DNA of 64,000 nt from Candidatus Uhrbacteria bacterium (GTDB taxonomy: Bacteria; Patescibacteriota; Patescibacteriia; UBA9934), in assembly GCA_018664485.1 (NCBI GenBank), contig JABJOE010000005.1, positions 15,581-79,580 of the forward strand. Reading direction: 5' to 3'. Position 1 is the stretch's first letter. Every line of letters begins with the position of its first letter. Under the pieces are notes generated by a model, which searched no databases, was not told where the DNA came from, and saw only the letters and a program-made list of their open reading frames with translations. A program made the translations under genes and the position numbers. Positions 1-8,419 of this stretch are shown here, one piece after another.

Positions 1-40
1 GGGTAAGCGAAACGATTGGGTGGCAAAATACAAGAATATT

Positions 41-116
41 GCCGTTGTAGCTCAGTTGGTAGAGCGCATCCATGGTAAGGATGAGGTCTCGGGTTCAAAT
101 CCCGACAACGGCTCCA
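41..116 (+). tRNA. tRNA-Thr(GGT)
   Basis: GCCGTTG/CAACGGC acceptor stem, TAGCTCAGTTGGTAGAGC D arm, CATCC-AT-GGT-AA-GGATG anticodon arm, GGTTCAAATCC T arm, encoded CCA. Confidence 0.97.
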
Positions 117-120
117 TAGA

Positions 121-248
121 TTTTTAATACTTGGTCTTTTATCCCGATACTGTGTTGTGACTACGGTCCTCGACGTCGTACAGTGAGTACGACTTACTAC
201 TGTCCTCGTCACGCCTTGTATCAGAATAAAATACCAGCGTCTTAAAAA
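121..248. repeat. Long imperfect palindrome (REP-like) after tRNA-Thr
   Basis: Nested complementary blocks TTTTTAA/TTAAAAA, GATAC/GTATC, GTGAC/GTCAC, and apex GTCGTAC-AGTGA-GTACGAC. Confidence 0.7.
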
Positions 249-282
249 CCGAAATCAGTTACGCAGGAGAAAAACATAAAAT

Positions 283-367
283 GGGTCGGTACCGAAGCGG
301 TCAAACGGGGCAGGCTGTAAACCTGCTGGCTATGCCTTCGCTGGTTCGAGTCCAGCCCGGCCCACCA
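283..367 (+). tRNA. tRNA-Tyr(GTA)
   Basis: GGGTCGG/CCGGCCC acceptor, GCAGG-CT-GTA-AA-CCTGC anticodon arm, long variable arm, GGTTCGAGTCC, CCA end. Confidence 0.97.
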
Positions 368-371
368 CAAA

Positions 372-487
372 AATCCTGAACTAGGCTATTTTCAACTCAC
401 GGGTCCCGACAGACTTCCTCAATGTACGTATAAGTACATCTCGTCGTCTACCACCCGTTCATTGAAACTATCACTAGTTCAGGGTTT
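372..487. repeat. Long imperfect palindrome (REP-like/terminator) after tRNA-Tyr
   Basis: CCTGAACTAG/CTAGTTCAGG, ACGGGT/ACCCGT, apex ATGTAC-GTATAA-GTACAT, followed by a T-run. Confidence 0.7.
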
Positions 488-660
488 TTTTTGTTTACTA
501 GATTCTTCTACCTTCCCGCTAAGCTGGACCGCTTGTTCATTGAAGCTATCACAGATTCAGAGTGTTTTTTGTTTAAGATCTTTCAAGATAATAACTTCTA
601 TTCAAGACGTTATTTTTTTATCCCATAGAAACTTGATTTGAGTCGTTTGTTAAGCTATTC

Positions 661-689
661 TTGACAAAAGCGATACTGCGTGGTAATTT
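661..689 (+). promoter_or_regulatory. sigma70-type promoter of ORF 844
   Basis: TTGACA-17 nt-TAATTT. Confidence 0.65.
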
Positions 690-843
690 ATTGCGTTCTT
701 TCGGAAGAATTTTGTCTTTAGAACATTTCAGATTGTAAGTCTGTGATGTTTTGGGGATAATCCTCAATGATACTTTCAGGGTTCGTAAATCGAACTACTG
801 ACTCACACGATCATTCTGATCGACACCCACCTACGAGGCCACT

Positions 844-1782
844 ATGGACACTCGCATGATTAACAGTCTGACGTACGACGAAACCAAGTCGCTTGCAGCC
901 TACGACGACGAGAATCCGAATGCGCGGCAGCGCGATCGAAGAGCTCATATCATTAGCATTCGTGCCATGGCACGGAAAGCCCGTAGGAAAAGGGGCTTGA
1001 GGTTACCGGCTGTGCGTCGACTTACTCCTCGACAAGGTCGTGATATGTGGCTCAGCGTTCCGACGCAAGACCATACATCCGATCCAGATCTCTTCGAGCA
1101 TATGGAGGGCAGGGCATACTGTGGACCGCGGATTGCTCACGCAATGAGCTACCAGTACCCAGAATCCGACTTCGACAGAACCAACGGCCTAGTGTCTACT
1201 CGCACACGTTGTGACCACGATGGCGCCGTTCCTGGTCGGCGGATGGCCGATGAGGAGATTGATTATGATAGGCTCTTGCTGGATGCTCAGTCACGTGCTT
1301 GCGTGGCGTTGAACAATGGCGAGTGTGAGTACAACCGGTCTCATGATGTGAGTTTGTATGTCGGCGGTGAGCATGTTCGGGTAACAAGCTGGCGAAGCCG
1401 AGATAACGGCGCACTGAACATCTTTGCATACAGCAAGTGGCTGGATGAGTTGGTGATCGACCGTGTGGCGACTAGAGCAATGGCGGACGATGTATTCGTT
1501 CCGAGGCACGTACTCCTTGCGAGTCATACCAGTTTTCTTGGAGCCACAAATTTCGATACGTGGTGGCTGAGCAGCATGGCAAAAAGGCATGGGTACAAAG
1601 ATCCTGATGGATACGCGGGTCTATATGTTGAAGAGTTAATGCCCGAGGTGATGTACGCACGCCCAGATCCTCGAAATTGGCGAAAGGGCCGTTCGTCCGC
1701 TCGCTTGAAACGAGATGATGAAGTTGAGGGTGACGTGTCTGCGACGCTCACCCAAGAGGCTACCGAGTGTGCTCCTCTGTGA
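844..1782 (+). CDS. Hypothetical orphan protein (312 aa)
   Basis: Long ORF, GAGG SD, own promoter, downstream hairpin GCGCGTCGTTCC/GGGACGACGCGC; no family recognised. Confidence 0.75.
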   Translation: MDTRMINSLTYDETKSLAAYDDENPNARQRDRRAHIISIRAMARKARRKRGLRLPAVRRLTPRQGRDMWLSVPTQDHTSDPDLFEHMEGRAYCGPRIAHAMSYQYPESDFDRTNGLVSTRTRCDHDGAVPGRRMADEEIDYDRLLLDAQSRACVALNNGECEYNRSHDVSLYVGGEHVRVTSWRSRDNGALNIFAYSKWLDELVIDRVATRAMADDVFVPRHVLLASHTSFLGATNFDTWWLSSMAKRHGYKDPDGYAGLYVEELMPEVMYARPDPRNWRKGRSSARLKRDDEVEGDVSATLTQEATECAPL

Positions 1783-2008
1783 GCTCGTGAAGCACTACCA
1801 CTCCGCGCGCGTCGTTCCATACTCGGGACGACGCGCTCTGTGCATAGAGCTCGATTATTCGTACTTTGCGCGCAGATTAAGTAAAATAACTGTTGACGAA
1901 AGTGACAGCCTGGAGCATACTTTTACTGCTCTCTTGTTAGATGGGAACCTATCGTTGGTTCCTTGTTCAAACCGAGAGAAGTCTTATTCATAGTTCGACA
2001 CTCTTGTT

Positions 2009-2260
2009 ATGAACAACAAGCTATTTGTCGGCAGTTTGCCATGGGCAGTTGATGACCAGTCTTTGAACGACCTCTTCGCTACATACGGAGAAGTTCTCTC
2101 AGCTCGTGTTGTTACTGACCGTGACTCAGGACGTTCACGTGGATTCGGTTTTGTCGAGTTCGCTGATGACGCTTCTGCACAGGCTGCCATTGATGCGATG
2201 GACGGTGCTGACGTCGAAGGACGCAACATCACAGTTTCCGTTGCAAAGCCAAAGGAATAA
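2009..2260 (+). CDS. RNA-binding protein, single RRM domain
   Basis: RNP2 KLFVGSL and RNP1 RGFGFVEF motifs. Confidence 0.95.
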   Translation: MNNKLFVGSLPWAVDDQSLNDLFATYGEVLSARVVTDRDSGRSRGFGFVEFADDASAQAAIDAMDGADVEGRNITVSVAKPKE

Positions 2261-2480
2261 ATTTGGTAAACAAAACGAGGCCGCAAGGTCTCTTTTTGTA
2301 ATCTAGAATATATTATTGGGCCAGTAATTCACTCCTGCGGTGAATTGCTTAAAACTTCGGCCATGGTATCTTGTTAAGAATTTCCTGGATTGCAGGCGTA
2401 GAGTCCATATTGGCGTTTTGTTTATGGGAGGGAGGGGGTTAGAATGAGGGAATAATAGCTTATTTATAAGTAGTTAACTA

Positions 2481-2509
2481 TTGCCAATAATGGTCAAATC
2501 GGCTACTAT
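2481..2509 (+). promoter_or_regulatory. sigma70-type promoter upstream of the tRNA-Trp fragment/GIY-YIG locus
   Basis: TTGCCA-17 nt-TACTAT. Confidence 0.55.
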
Positions 2510-2541
2510 CATGTCGCATTGAGTGATGTGTATTATCTTAT

Positions 2542-2637
2542 AGGGGAGTAGCTCAGCTGGTAGTCCAGCCCCTCATGAGAGGCTGGATTCAGTAGAGGTC
2601 TCCACCCAGCCCTTCTAGAAGAGCTGGGTCCAAGACC
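2542..2637 (+). pseudogene. Disrupted 5' half of tRNA-Trp carrying two inserted hairpins
   Basis: AGGGGAGTAGCTCAGCTGGTAG [hairpin 2564-2590] AGTAGAGGTCTCCA [hairpin 2605-2631] AAGACC matches the 5' half of the tRNA at 2901; T arm and 3' end absent. Confidence 0.8.
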
Positions 2638-2645
2638 ACGTTTAC

Positions 2646-2894
2646 ATGTTCTATGTCTATTTGTTAAAAAGTGATCGGGGTACAATGTATATAGGGTATA
2701 CATCGGACCTTGTGCGAAGGGTTGCTGAACATAAAAATAGATCAGTATTTTTTACTAAAAGACATAAACGATGGGACCTGGTCTATTACGAGGCTTACCT
2801 CACGAAGGCGGCTGCACAAGATCGGGAAAGAAAGTTGAAACAATATGGATCGGCTTACCATGGCCTGTTAAGGCGAGTAGACGAAAATAGATAG
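2646..2894 (+). CDS. GIY-YIG nuclease family protein (small, stand-alone)
   Basis: FYVYLL...MYIGYTSDLVRRVAEH...LVYYEAY...A..RE..LK. Confidence 0.92.
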   Translation: MFYVYLLKSDRGTMYIGYTSDLVRRVAEHKNRSVFFTKRHKRWDLVYYEAYLTKAAAQDRERKLKQYGSAYHGLLRRVDENR

Positions 2895-2900
2895 TATTAT

Positions 2901-2976
2901 AGGGGAGTAGCTCAGTTGGTAGAGTAGAGGTCTCCAAAACCTTTGGTCGCAGGTTCAAGTCCTGTCTCCCCTGCCA
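2901..2976 (+). tRNA. tRNA-Trp(CCA)
   Basis: AGGGGAG/CTCCCCT acceptor, GAGGT-CT-CCA-AA-ACCTT anticodon arm, GGTTCAAGTCC, GCCA end. Confidence 0.97.
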
Positions 2977-3144
2977 CGTCGGTCGCGACCGACGTGGCCT
3001 GCCACGTAAAGCACGTAGGTCACACGAAACATCGTTCTTAAACGGTGTGGTATGCCACGCGTTTAGCGTTACGGGTCACAAAGTCGCGCCAACATGACAG
3101 CAAGAGAGCGCCGCAAGGCGTTCTTTTGTTATAATGAGATCATT

Positions 3145-3405
3145 ATGTGGTATTTCTACGTCTTACAATCCCAGAAGGAACCTGATTATTTTTACAAAGG
3201 TTCCACTGGCAATTTAGAGAACAGACTTATAAAACACAATGCTGGTGATGTCATCTCTACGAAGCCGAGGCGGCCCTGGAAGCTTGTTTATTATGAAGCA
3301 TATATTTCTGAAAAGACGGCTCGTCTTCGTGAGAGGTCTGTAAAGAGAAGTGGGTCGATATCCGTGCCATTACTACGTCGTATTAAGGCGAGTCTTGAGG
3401 AATAG
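3145..3405 (+). CDS. GIY-YIG nuclease family protein (second copy)
   Basis: MWYFYVLQS...FYKGSTGNLENRLIKHN...PWKLVYYEAY; start reassigned to ATG 3145. Confidence 0.9.
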   Translation: MWYFYVLQSQKEPDYFYKGSTGNLENRLIKHNAGDVISTKPRRPWKLVYYEAYISEKTARLRERSVKRSGSISVPLLRRIKASLEE

Positions 3406-3510
3406 CAGTTTTTTATTTCACGGACAGGACTTGAACCTGGGTGTGGTACGAACTTCTCAAGTATCTTGCGTTTTATGGTAAACTTTTATTCTAATTAGAT
3501 ATATGCCCTT

Positions 3511-4266
3511 ATGTTTGGACGAAAAAAGAAGTTACTATCATGTGATGGGTGCGGGTATCCTCTAGAGAGGATGGGGCATGGGGAGAATTGCCCGGTGTTG
3601 CTTCGTGAGGATCCTAACGCTCGAAAACAAACCGTTGATAATTGGATTGATAGTATAAAAAATGGGTATATAGGCCATGTAATACCTAGTGATCGATATG
3701 AGGGCATCATCTCAACAGAAGATATTTTATATAGGGCGGGTGGAAAAATTGAAGTACCATTGGAGGCATTTGAGGAGGCGGCAAGAACAAGTAAGTTGGA
3801 TGACTATATCGCTCAATTGCCTGAAGCGCTAGAAAAGCTGGGTCTTGATGTTGAAGTGTATATGAAGGCCGCAGTTTTAGCTCATCTAGATGTTATTGAA
3901 GAGGGTGAGATTACTGTCATTGTAATGAAAGAGCTGATGAATGCGTATCCAGCAGTGGTTCGGTTTTACGATGAACCGAAAATCCAAAAATACCTAAAAA
4001 ATGACTTGGACTTGGATCTTTTTAAACGGCGTGATCAGCAGCTTACTTCTGAGCATTTAAATAGAATTAGAAATATTTTCGAAACGTTTCCTATAACTTC
4101 AGAGCTACGTGCGGAGGCGGTGAGCGAAGCGATGAATTATCTTAAAGATTTAGGTAGGTATGATGATGGTGAGTATAATGAAGAGAATTGGTTTTTCGCT
4201 AATGTTTCAAAAGAGTCGCTCATGCAGTTGTTAGATGATATTCTAGAGGGTGAGGGCACAGAGTAG
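3511..4266 (+). CDS. Hypothetical protein with N-terminal CxxC...H...C motif
   Basis: 251-aa ORF, CDGC...HGENC; no family recognised. Confidence 0.75.
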   Translation: MFGRKKKLLSCDGCGYPLERMGHGENCPVLLREDPNARKQTVDNWIDSIKNGYIGHVIPSDRYEGIISTEDILYRAGGKIEVPLEAFEEAARTSKLDDYIAQLPEALEKLGLDVEVYMKAAVLAHLDVIEEGEITVIVMKELMNAYPAVVRFYDEPKIQKYLKNDLDLDLFKRRDQQLTSEHLNRIRNIFETFPITSELRAEAVSEAMNYLKDLGRYDDGEYNEENWFFANVSKESLMQLLDDILEGEGTE

Positions 4267-4306
4267 GATTTGTACGTACGATCCTACTAAAAATGGTTTT
4301 CCGATA

Positions 4307-4338
4307 ATCTTCACGAGGAATCGTGGAGATTTTTTGTT
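4307..4338 (+). terminator. Intrinsic terminator, duplicated at 4897-4928
   Basis: ATCTTCACGA-GGAA-TCGTGGAGAT followed by a T-run. Confidence 0.75.
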
Positions 4339-4378
4339 TGTGATTATGCTTTAAATTGTACGTCTTTAGCCCAATAGG

Positions 4379-4407
4379 TTGACAAAAGCCTGTTTTTTTG
4401 CTATATT
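4379..4407 (+). promoter_or_regulatory. sigma70-type promoter of ORF 4445
   Basis: TTGACA-17 nt-TATATT; the TTG start in the ORF track is the -35 box. Confidence 0.7.
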
Positions 4408-4444
4408 ATTTTGTTCTTTCAACCATCAAACCCAAGTAGGAAAC

Positions 4445-4762
4445 ATGGAAACTGTAGCAGTCGTGCATAGTAATGATGTGGGTGTCTTCGTCAGGGATGG
4501 CCTTTACATTTCGAGTGTCGAAGGCCCGCGAGACCAGTCACGCACTGTCACTTTTCCAGATGGTACCCGTACCATGCGTGCTACTACCCATCAGCAAGAA
4601 AATTGTACTCTGTGGGTGACCACAGGTGGTCGGGTGTACTGTCAGGGCTATCGCAGACCCGGCAATCCAACCCGCAGGCTCAGGTCCTACAATCAAGACA
4701 CTCTCCATGATCTGTTCGGTTCCCTCATCCTCCCACGTGATTTCTGGGGGCTCCGTACTTGA
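4445..4762 (+). CDS. Hypothetical orphan protein (105 aa)
   Basis: AGGA SD before ATG 4445, own promoter, 3' hairpin GCCGCACC/GGTGCGGT. Confidence 0.65.
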   Translation: METVAVVHSNDVGVFVRDGLYISSVEGPRDQSRTVTFPDGTRTMRATTHQQENCTLWVTTGGRVYCQGYRRPGNPTRRLRSYNQDTLHDLFGSLILPRDFWGLRT

Positions 4763-4896
4763 TTCGCACTAAGCCGCACCATATAGAGATCGCTTCGGCG
4801 CCTCCTCTCCGGTGCGGTCTTCTATTTGAAATATTTATGGGTAGTGTAAAGTTCGAGCGGTAGTTATAGATTATTCAGATGGCGAGAGCTAAAATC

Positions 4897-4928
4897 ATCT
4901 TCACGAGAAATCGTGGAGATTTTTTGTT
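4897..4928 (+). repeat. Direct-repeat copy of the terminator at 4307-4338
   Basis: 32 nt, 1 mismatch. Confidence 0.85.
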
Positions 4929-4942
4929 ATACTGCCCAACGT

Positions 4943-5632
4943 ATGAAACCTTATCAAGAATACCTAGAAGGGACTGAGGAGATATTGAAAGCTAGTAGAG
5001 CTGAAACAGATAGGTACGAGACTGAGGTGCTTGGACGTAATTTTATAGTTCATCCGAATGTATTCTCGCCAAAGTATTTCAAGGATACGGAGCCGTTTGC
5101 AAAACATCTGCCAATAACAGAAGGACAGACAATGCTTGAGATAGGTCCTGGTACAGGTGCTGTATCTATTACGGCGGTCCATAGGGGCGCAAAGCATGTA
5201 ACAGCAATCGACATCAATTCATCTGCTGTTGCTAACGTGCGAGAGAACATCCAGCTTCACAATATGCAAGACCAGATCGATGTCCGCTTTGGCGATGTAT
5301 ATAGTGCTCTTCAGCCTAATGAAAAGTTCGACGTGATTTTTTGGAATACTCCATTCGGTCTCATCCCAGATAACGCCGAGATTACAGATTTACAGAGGTC
5401 AGTTTATGATCCTGGCTATATGGCTACGGAGCGGTTTATTTTGGACGCAAAGCAGCACCTTAATCCAGGCGGAGTCGTTTATATAGGGTTTAGTTCAACT
5501 TTGGGTAAGTTGGACTTAATTGAGTCCTTTGCGGAAAGGTCAGGCTTTACTTTGAAAAAGATATTTGAAATAGATTCAACGGAGAAGCATCAGGTGAAGT
5601 TTGAGATTTTCAAAGCTGAACTGAGAACATAA
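4943..5632 (+). CDS. Class I SAM-dependent methyltransferase (MTS/HemK-like)
   Basis: MLEIGPGTG motif I, AIDIN, FDVIFWNTPF (NPPY-like). Confidence 0.9.
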   Translation: MKPYQEYLEGTEEILKASRAETDRYETEVLGRNFIVHPNVFSPKYFKDTEPFAKHLPITEGQTMLEIGPGTGAVSITAVHRGAKHVTAIDINSSAVANVRENIQLHNMQDQIDVRFGDVYSALQPNEKFDVIFWNTPFGLIPDNAEITDLQRSVYDPGYMATERFILDAKQHLNPGGVVYIGFSSTLGKLDLIESFAERSGFTLKKIFEIDSTEKHQVKFEIFKAELRT

Positions 5633-5642
5633 TAATTTAGCT

Positions 5643-6017
5643 ATGAAACTTCAAGGAATAACTGTAAAAGAGATTGAGCTGACACCAGCTATAGAAGAAT
5701 ACGTTCTTAAGCGTGTTGCTAAATTGTCGAAAATTTGTCAAAAAGAGAAATCTGCAACTATACGTGTGGAACTTGGTGAGCGACCCTCGCAGCACAGGGG
5801 TGTTGGAGATAGCTTTTACGCTGAATTGGACGTTACTATCAAGGATCAACATTTTAACGTCAAGAAACATAACCCAAATATATATAGGGCGATCGAGAAG
5901 GCTAGGGTAGATATGCACCAAAAGATAATCAAATGGAAGAAAAAGGATTTGAGCACTCAGCGAAAAAACGGTGCAGAAATTAAGAAATTCCTTAGGTCTG
6001 CTGATTACAATGAATAG
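5643..6017 (+). CDS. Ribosome hibernation factor, HPF/RaiA family (paralog 1)
   Basis: IELTPAIEEYVLKRVAKL...FYAELDV...NIYRAIEKA. Confidence 0.8.
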   Translation: MKLQGITVKEIELTPAIEEYVLKRVAKLSKICQKEKSATIRVELGERPSQHRGVGDSFYAELDVTIKDQHFNVKKHNPNIYRAIEKARVDMHQKIIKWKKKDLSTQRKNGAEIKKFLRSADYNE

Positions 6018-6085
6018 ATGAGATCTACTTTGCCGCTCATCGGGTAGCCGGTATACTGTAATCATTAAATAAGTAATCGTATTTT

Positions 6086-6340
6086 ATGAAAGGTTCACCT
6101 TGTAAAGCTTGCGCGATCTGTACGTGGGTTCTTGTAGTGGCTGGAGTTCATCTTGGTCTTATGGGGGTCTTCGAGTGGGATCTGCTCGGGACGGTCGCCG
6201 GAGATTCAGCTTCATTCCTACGCGTTATGTACATCATAATCGGTGTTGCTGCAGTTGGAATTGCTGCAAAGTCCTTGGGAATGTGTAAGAATTGTAAAAT
6301 GGGTTGCGGTGGTGACGCGTGCAAGCACGGAAAGAAGTAG
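6086..6340 (+). CDS. DUF378-like membrane protein with Cys-rich termini
   Basis: LVVAGVHLGLMGVFEWDLL...RVMYIIIGVAA; CxxC clusters at both ends. Confidence 0.75.
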   Translation: MKGSPCKACAICTWVLVVAGVHLGLMGVFEWDLLGTVAGDSASFLRVMYIIIGVAAVGIAAKSLGMCKNCKMGCGGDACKHGKK

Positions 6341-6430
6341 TTAGATTTCAGAAGTTATAGAAGATCCCGCTTGGAAGAGCGGGGTTTTCTTTTGTTAATA
6401 AATAATTAGTTTGTGATACCATGTGTCCAT

Positions 6431-6832
6431 ATGAAAAAGAGTATAGTTTTTATTATTGGAATTTTTGTTGGGGCAGTGTCCGTGTTCCTTTTATTCCAAT
6501 ACATTCAAGTCAATACTCCCTTCATAGTAGGTCCGATTCAATTTACATGTGAATATAGCGGCGGGGTTTTTAAGGGCGATGTTTGCGTCTGTCCAATTGA
6601 AGAACAGTTAGGACAAACGCAAGAGATGATGTACGACGAATCAACTGGGTACTGCCAAACGACATATGGCGGTCCAGGGGGGGATGCAAGTAACGTGCTC
6701 CTTGGTTTTGAATACTTTTTTAGCATCGTTGAATATAATTGTAATGAAAGCGGTGGCATTTCTCATACATATTCAAGGTGTCAGTGCCCAGATGGGTCGG
6801 AGTATGATAAAGATACCGGATATTGTTCCTAG
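6431..6832 (+). CDS. Secreted or membrane-anchored Cys-rich protein with an internal duplication
   Basis: N-terminal hydrophobic segment; repeated C..SGG...C.CP...YD..TGYC module. Confidence 0.75.
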   Translation: MKKSIVFIIGIFVGAVSVFLLFQYIQVNTPFIVGPIQFTCEYSGGVFKGDVCVCPIEEQLGQTQEMMYDESTGYCQTTYGGPGGDASNVLLGFEYFFSIVEYNCNESGGISHTYSRCQCPDGSEYDKDTGYCS

Positions 6833-6939
6833 GATTATATTTTGATCATTGAAAAACCCCGTTCCAAGGAGCGGGGTTTTTCTTTTGTATTGATTGTTGC
6901 CCTGGTATTAAGAGTTTGATGTATGTAGAGTGAATATAT

Positions 6940-7338
6940 ATGAAACGAAGCGTGAATTAACTTATACAAAATAAGGATGGCGACATGCTGCTTCAGTTGC
7001 GGGATGATAAAGAGGAGATTTGCAATCCGCTTATGTGGAATTTTTTTGGTGGGAAGATTGAGGACGGTGAAAGCGTTTATGACTGTGCAGTACGTGAGTT
7101 GAATGAGGAGCTATGTGTAAGTGTTGATGTTGATCAGTTTGAATTACTGATGACTTCAGGGTTTGAGAGCTCTGGAGAAGTGACTTTATTGAAATTACTT
7201 AAACCGCTGAGCTTGAGAGAAGTTGAATTGAAAGAGGGGTGCGGCTTAGCATTTGTGTCGTCAGCAAGCGCTCTTAAGATGAATATAACGTTAGCAACAC
7301 GGTATTTTATAGAACACATAATTGTGAAAGAACTTTAA
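6940..7338 (+). pseudogene. NUDIX hydrolase with an in-frame TAA at codon 7 (or a short form starting at 6985)
   Basis: Nudix box GGKIEDGESVYDCAVRELNEEL; upstream in-frame MKRSVN*LIQNKDGD. Confidence 0.65.
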
Positions 7339-7409
7339 AACGAAAACCGCCCATGACAAGCGCCAGGGGCGGTCGTCGGGGGCGGCGAGGGAACTGCGTG
7401 GGGACGGAA

Positions 7410-7670
7410 TCAGGCTCCCAGCTCATCGAGACATTCATCAACGAGGCTCTTGATATCTTTGTCGACATCAGCGAGCTGGCTGAATGGGGCAAGCGCCTTG
7501 CGAACATCTGCCAGTGAGGTGAAGCGGAGGGTCACGAGCGGCCATTTTACCACCACTCCGTGCGTTCCTCTTCCGCCGTCTGTGACACTGACTCGTGCCT
7601 CTATCCGAACATTGGTGGCTACGTATACCCATCCAGTCAATTCTGCATGGGAGGGTTCTTGGTGGGCCAT
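7410..7670 (-). CDS. Hypothetical orphan protein (86 aa)
   Basis: CGGAG SD before ATG 7670; promoter TTGACA(7739-7734)-17-TAGATT. Confidence 0.7.
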   Translation of the reverse strand: MAHQEPSHAELTGWVYVATNVRIEARVSVTDGGRGTHGVVVKWPLVTLRFTSLADVRKALAPFSQLADVDKDIKSLVDECLDELGA

Positions 7671-7874
7671 GGGATCTCCGTGGGTGGATTTGCTTACGTG
7701 TTGGTAGGATAATCTATCACAAAAAAGCCCTTTTGTCAAGGTATATAGGGTTAATGCGCAATAATAGAGTTATCAAAAACACCACCTTAATAAGGTGGTG
7801 TTTGGCGCTAGAAACACAATGGCGCTGTACAGGGGGAGTTACCCGCTGCACAGCGCCAGAAGCGACCGAGTCGC

Positions 7875-8417
7875 TTACTCGTATACTCGCGTCATGACCA
7901 ATTCCCCTACAATGAGGTGGTCGCCGTAGACCTCATGGTCAAGTACCCAGAGCTCGCCTCTGATCGAGGAGAGGTCCAAGTCGTCGGACGATCCGTCAAA
8001 TCGGAGGTTGAACCGGTGTTTTCCTTTTTGCAAGGTCAAGTCGATCTGTACCTCTACCATCCCGTCGTCTGGGCAGTAGACAGCTCGCTCAATCTCGCGC
8101 AGGCACATCACCGTTTCATCAAGGCCGTACTGAGTACACCCGAGGTCTTCTCCCCGGATCTCTCCCCAGTATTGCACCCAGTCGCCATATGCCCCGGTTT
8201 CGGGACTCGGCTCTGTTGCGTAGCTGAGTTGAAAACCTACACCTTCTTTGGTGCCCTGCCACTGGTCGGTTCTATTGTCTCCAACATTTACCGACGGAAG
8301 ATCGGTTGGCCGTTCTGTACAGTTGTCTGACAATGCCAGCCTATCGGGAGCCTGACAGCCAATGTACAGCCCGGCGGTTAGGGGTACAAGCCCCCTAACC
8401 AACCGGTGGAAATTCAT
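7875..8417 (-). CDS. Hypothetical lipoprotein
   Basis: Signal peptide ending LYIG-C; starts 2 nt after the upstream ORF stop. Confidence 0.7.
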   Translation of the reverse strand: MNFHRLVRGLVPLTAGLYIGCQAPDRLALSDNCTERPTDLPSVNVGDNRTDQWQGTKEGVGFQLSYATEPSPETGAYGDWVQYWGEIRGEDLGCTQYGLDETVMCLREIERAVYCPDDGMVEVQIDLTLQKGKHRFNLRFDGSSDDLDLSSIRGELWVLDHEVYGDHLIVGELVMTRVYE

Positions 8418-8419
8418 CG

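Noticed and set aside
4379-7739. TTG starts at 4379 and 7739 in the ORF track
   Set aside because: These are the TTGACA -35 boxes; SD-led ATGs lie at 4445 and 7670.
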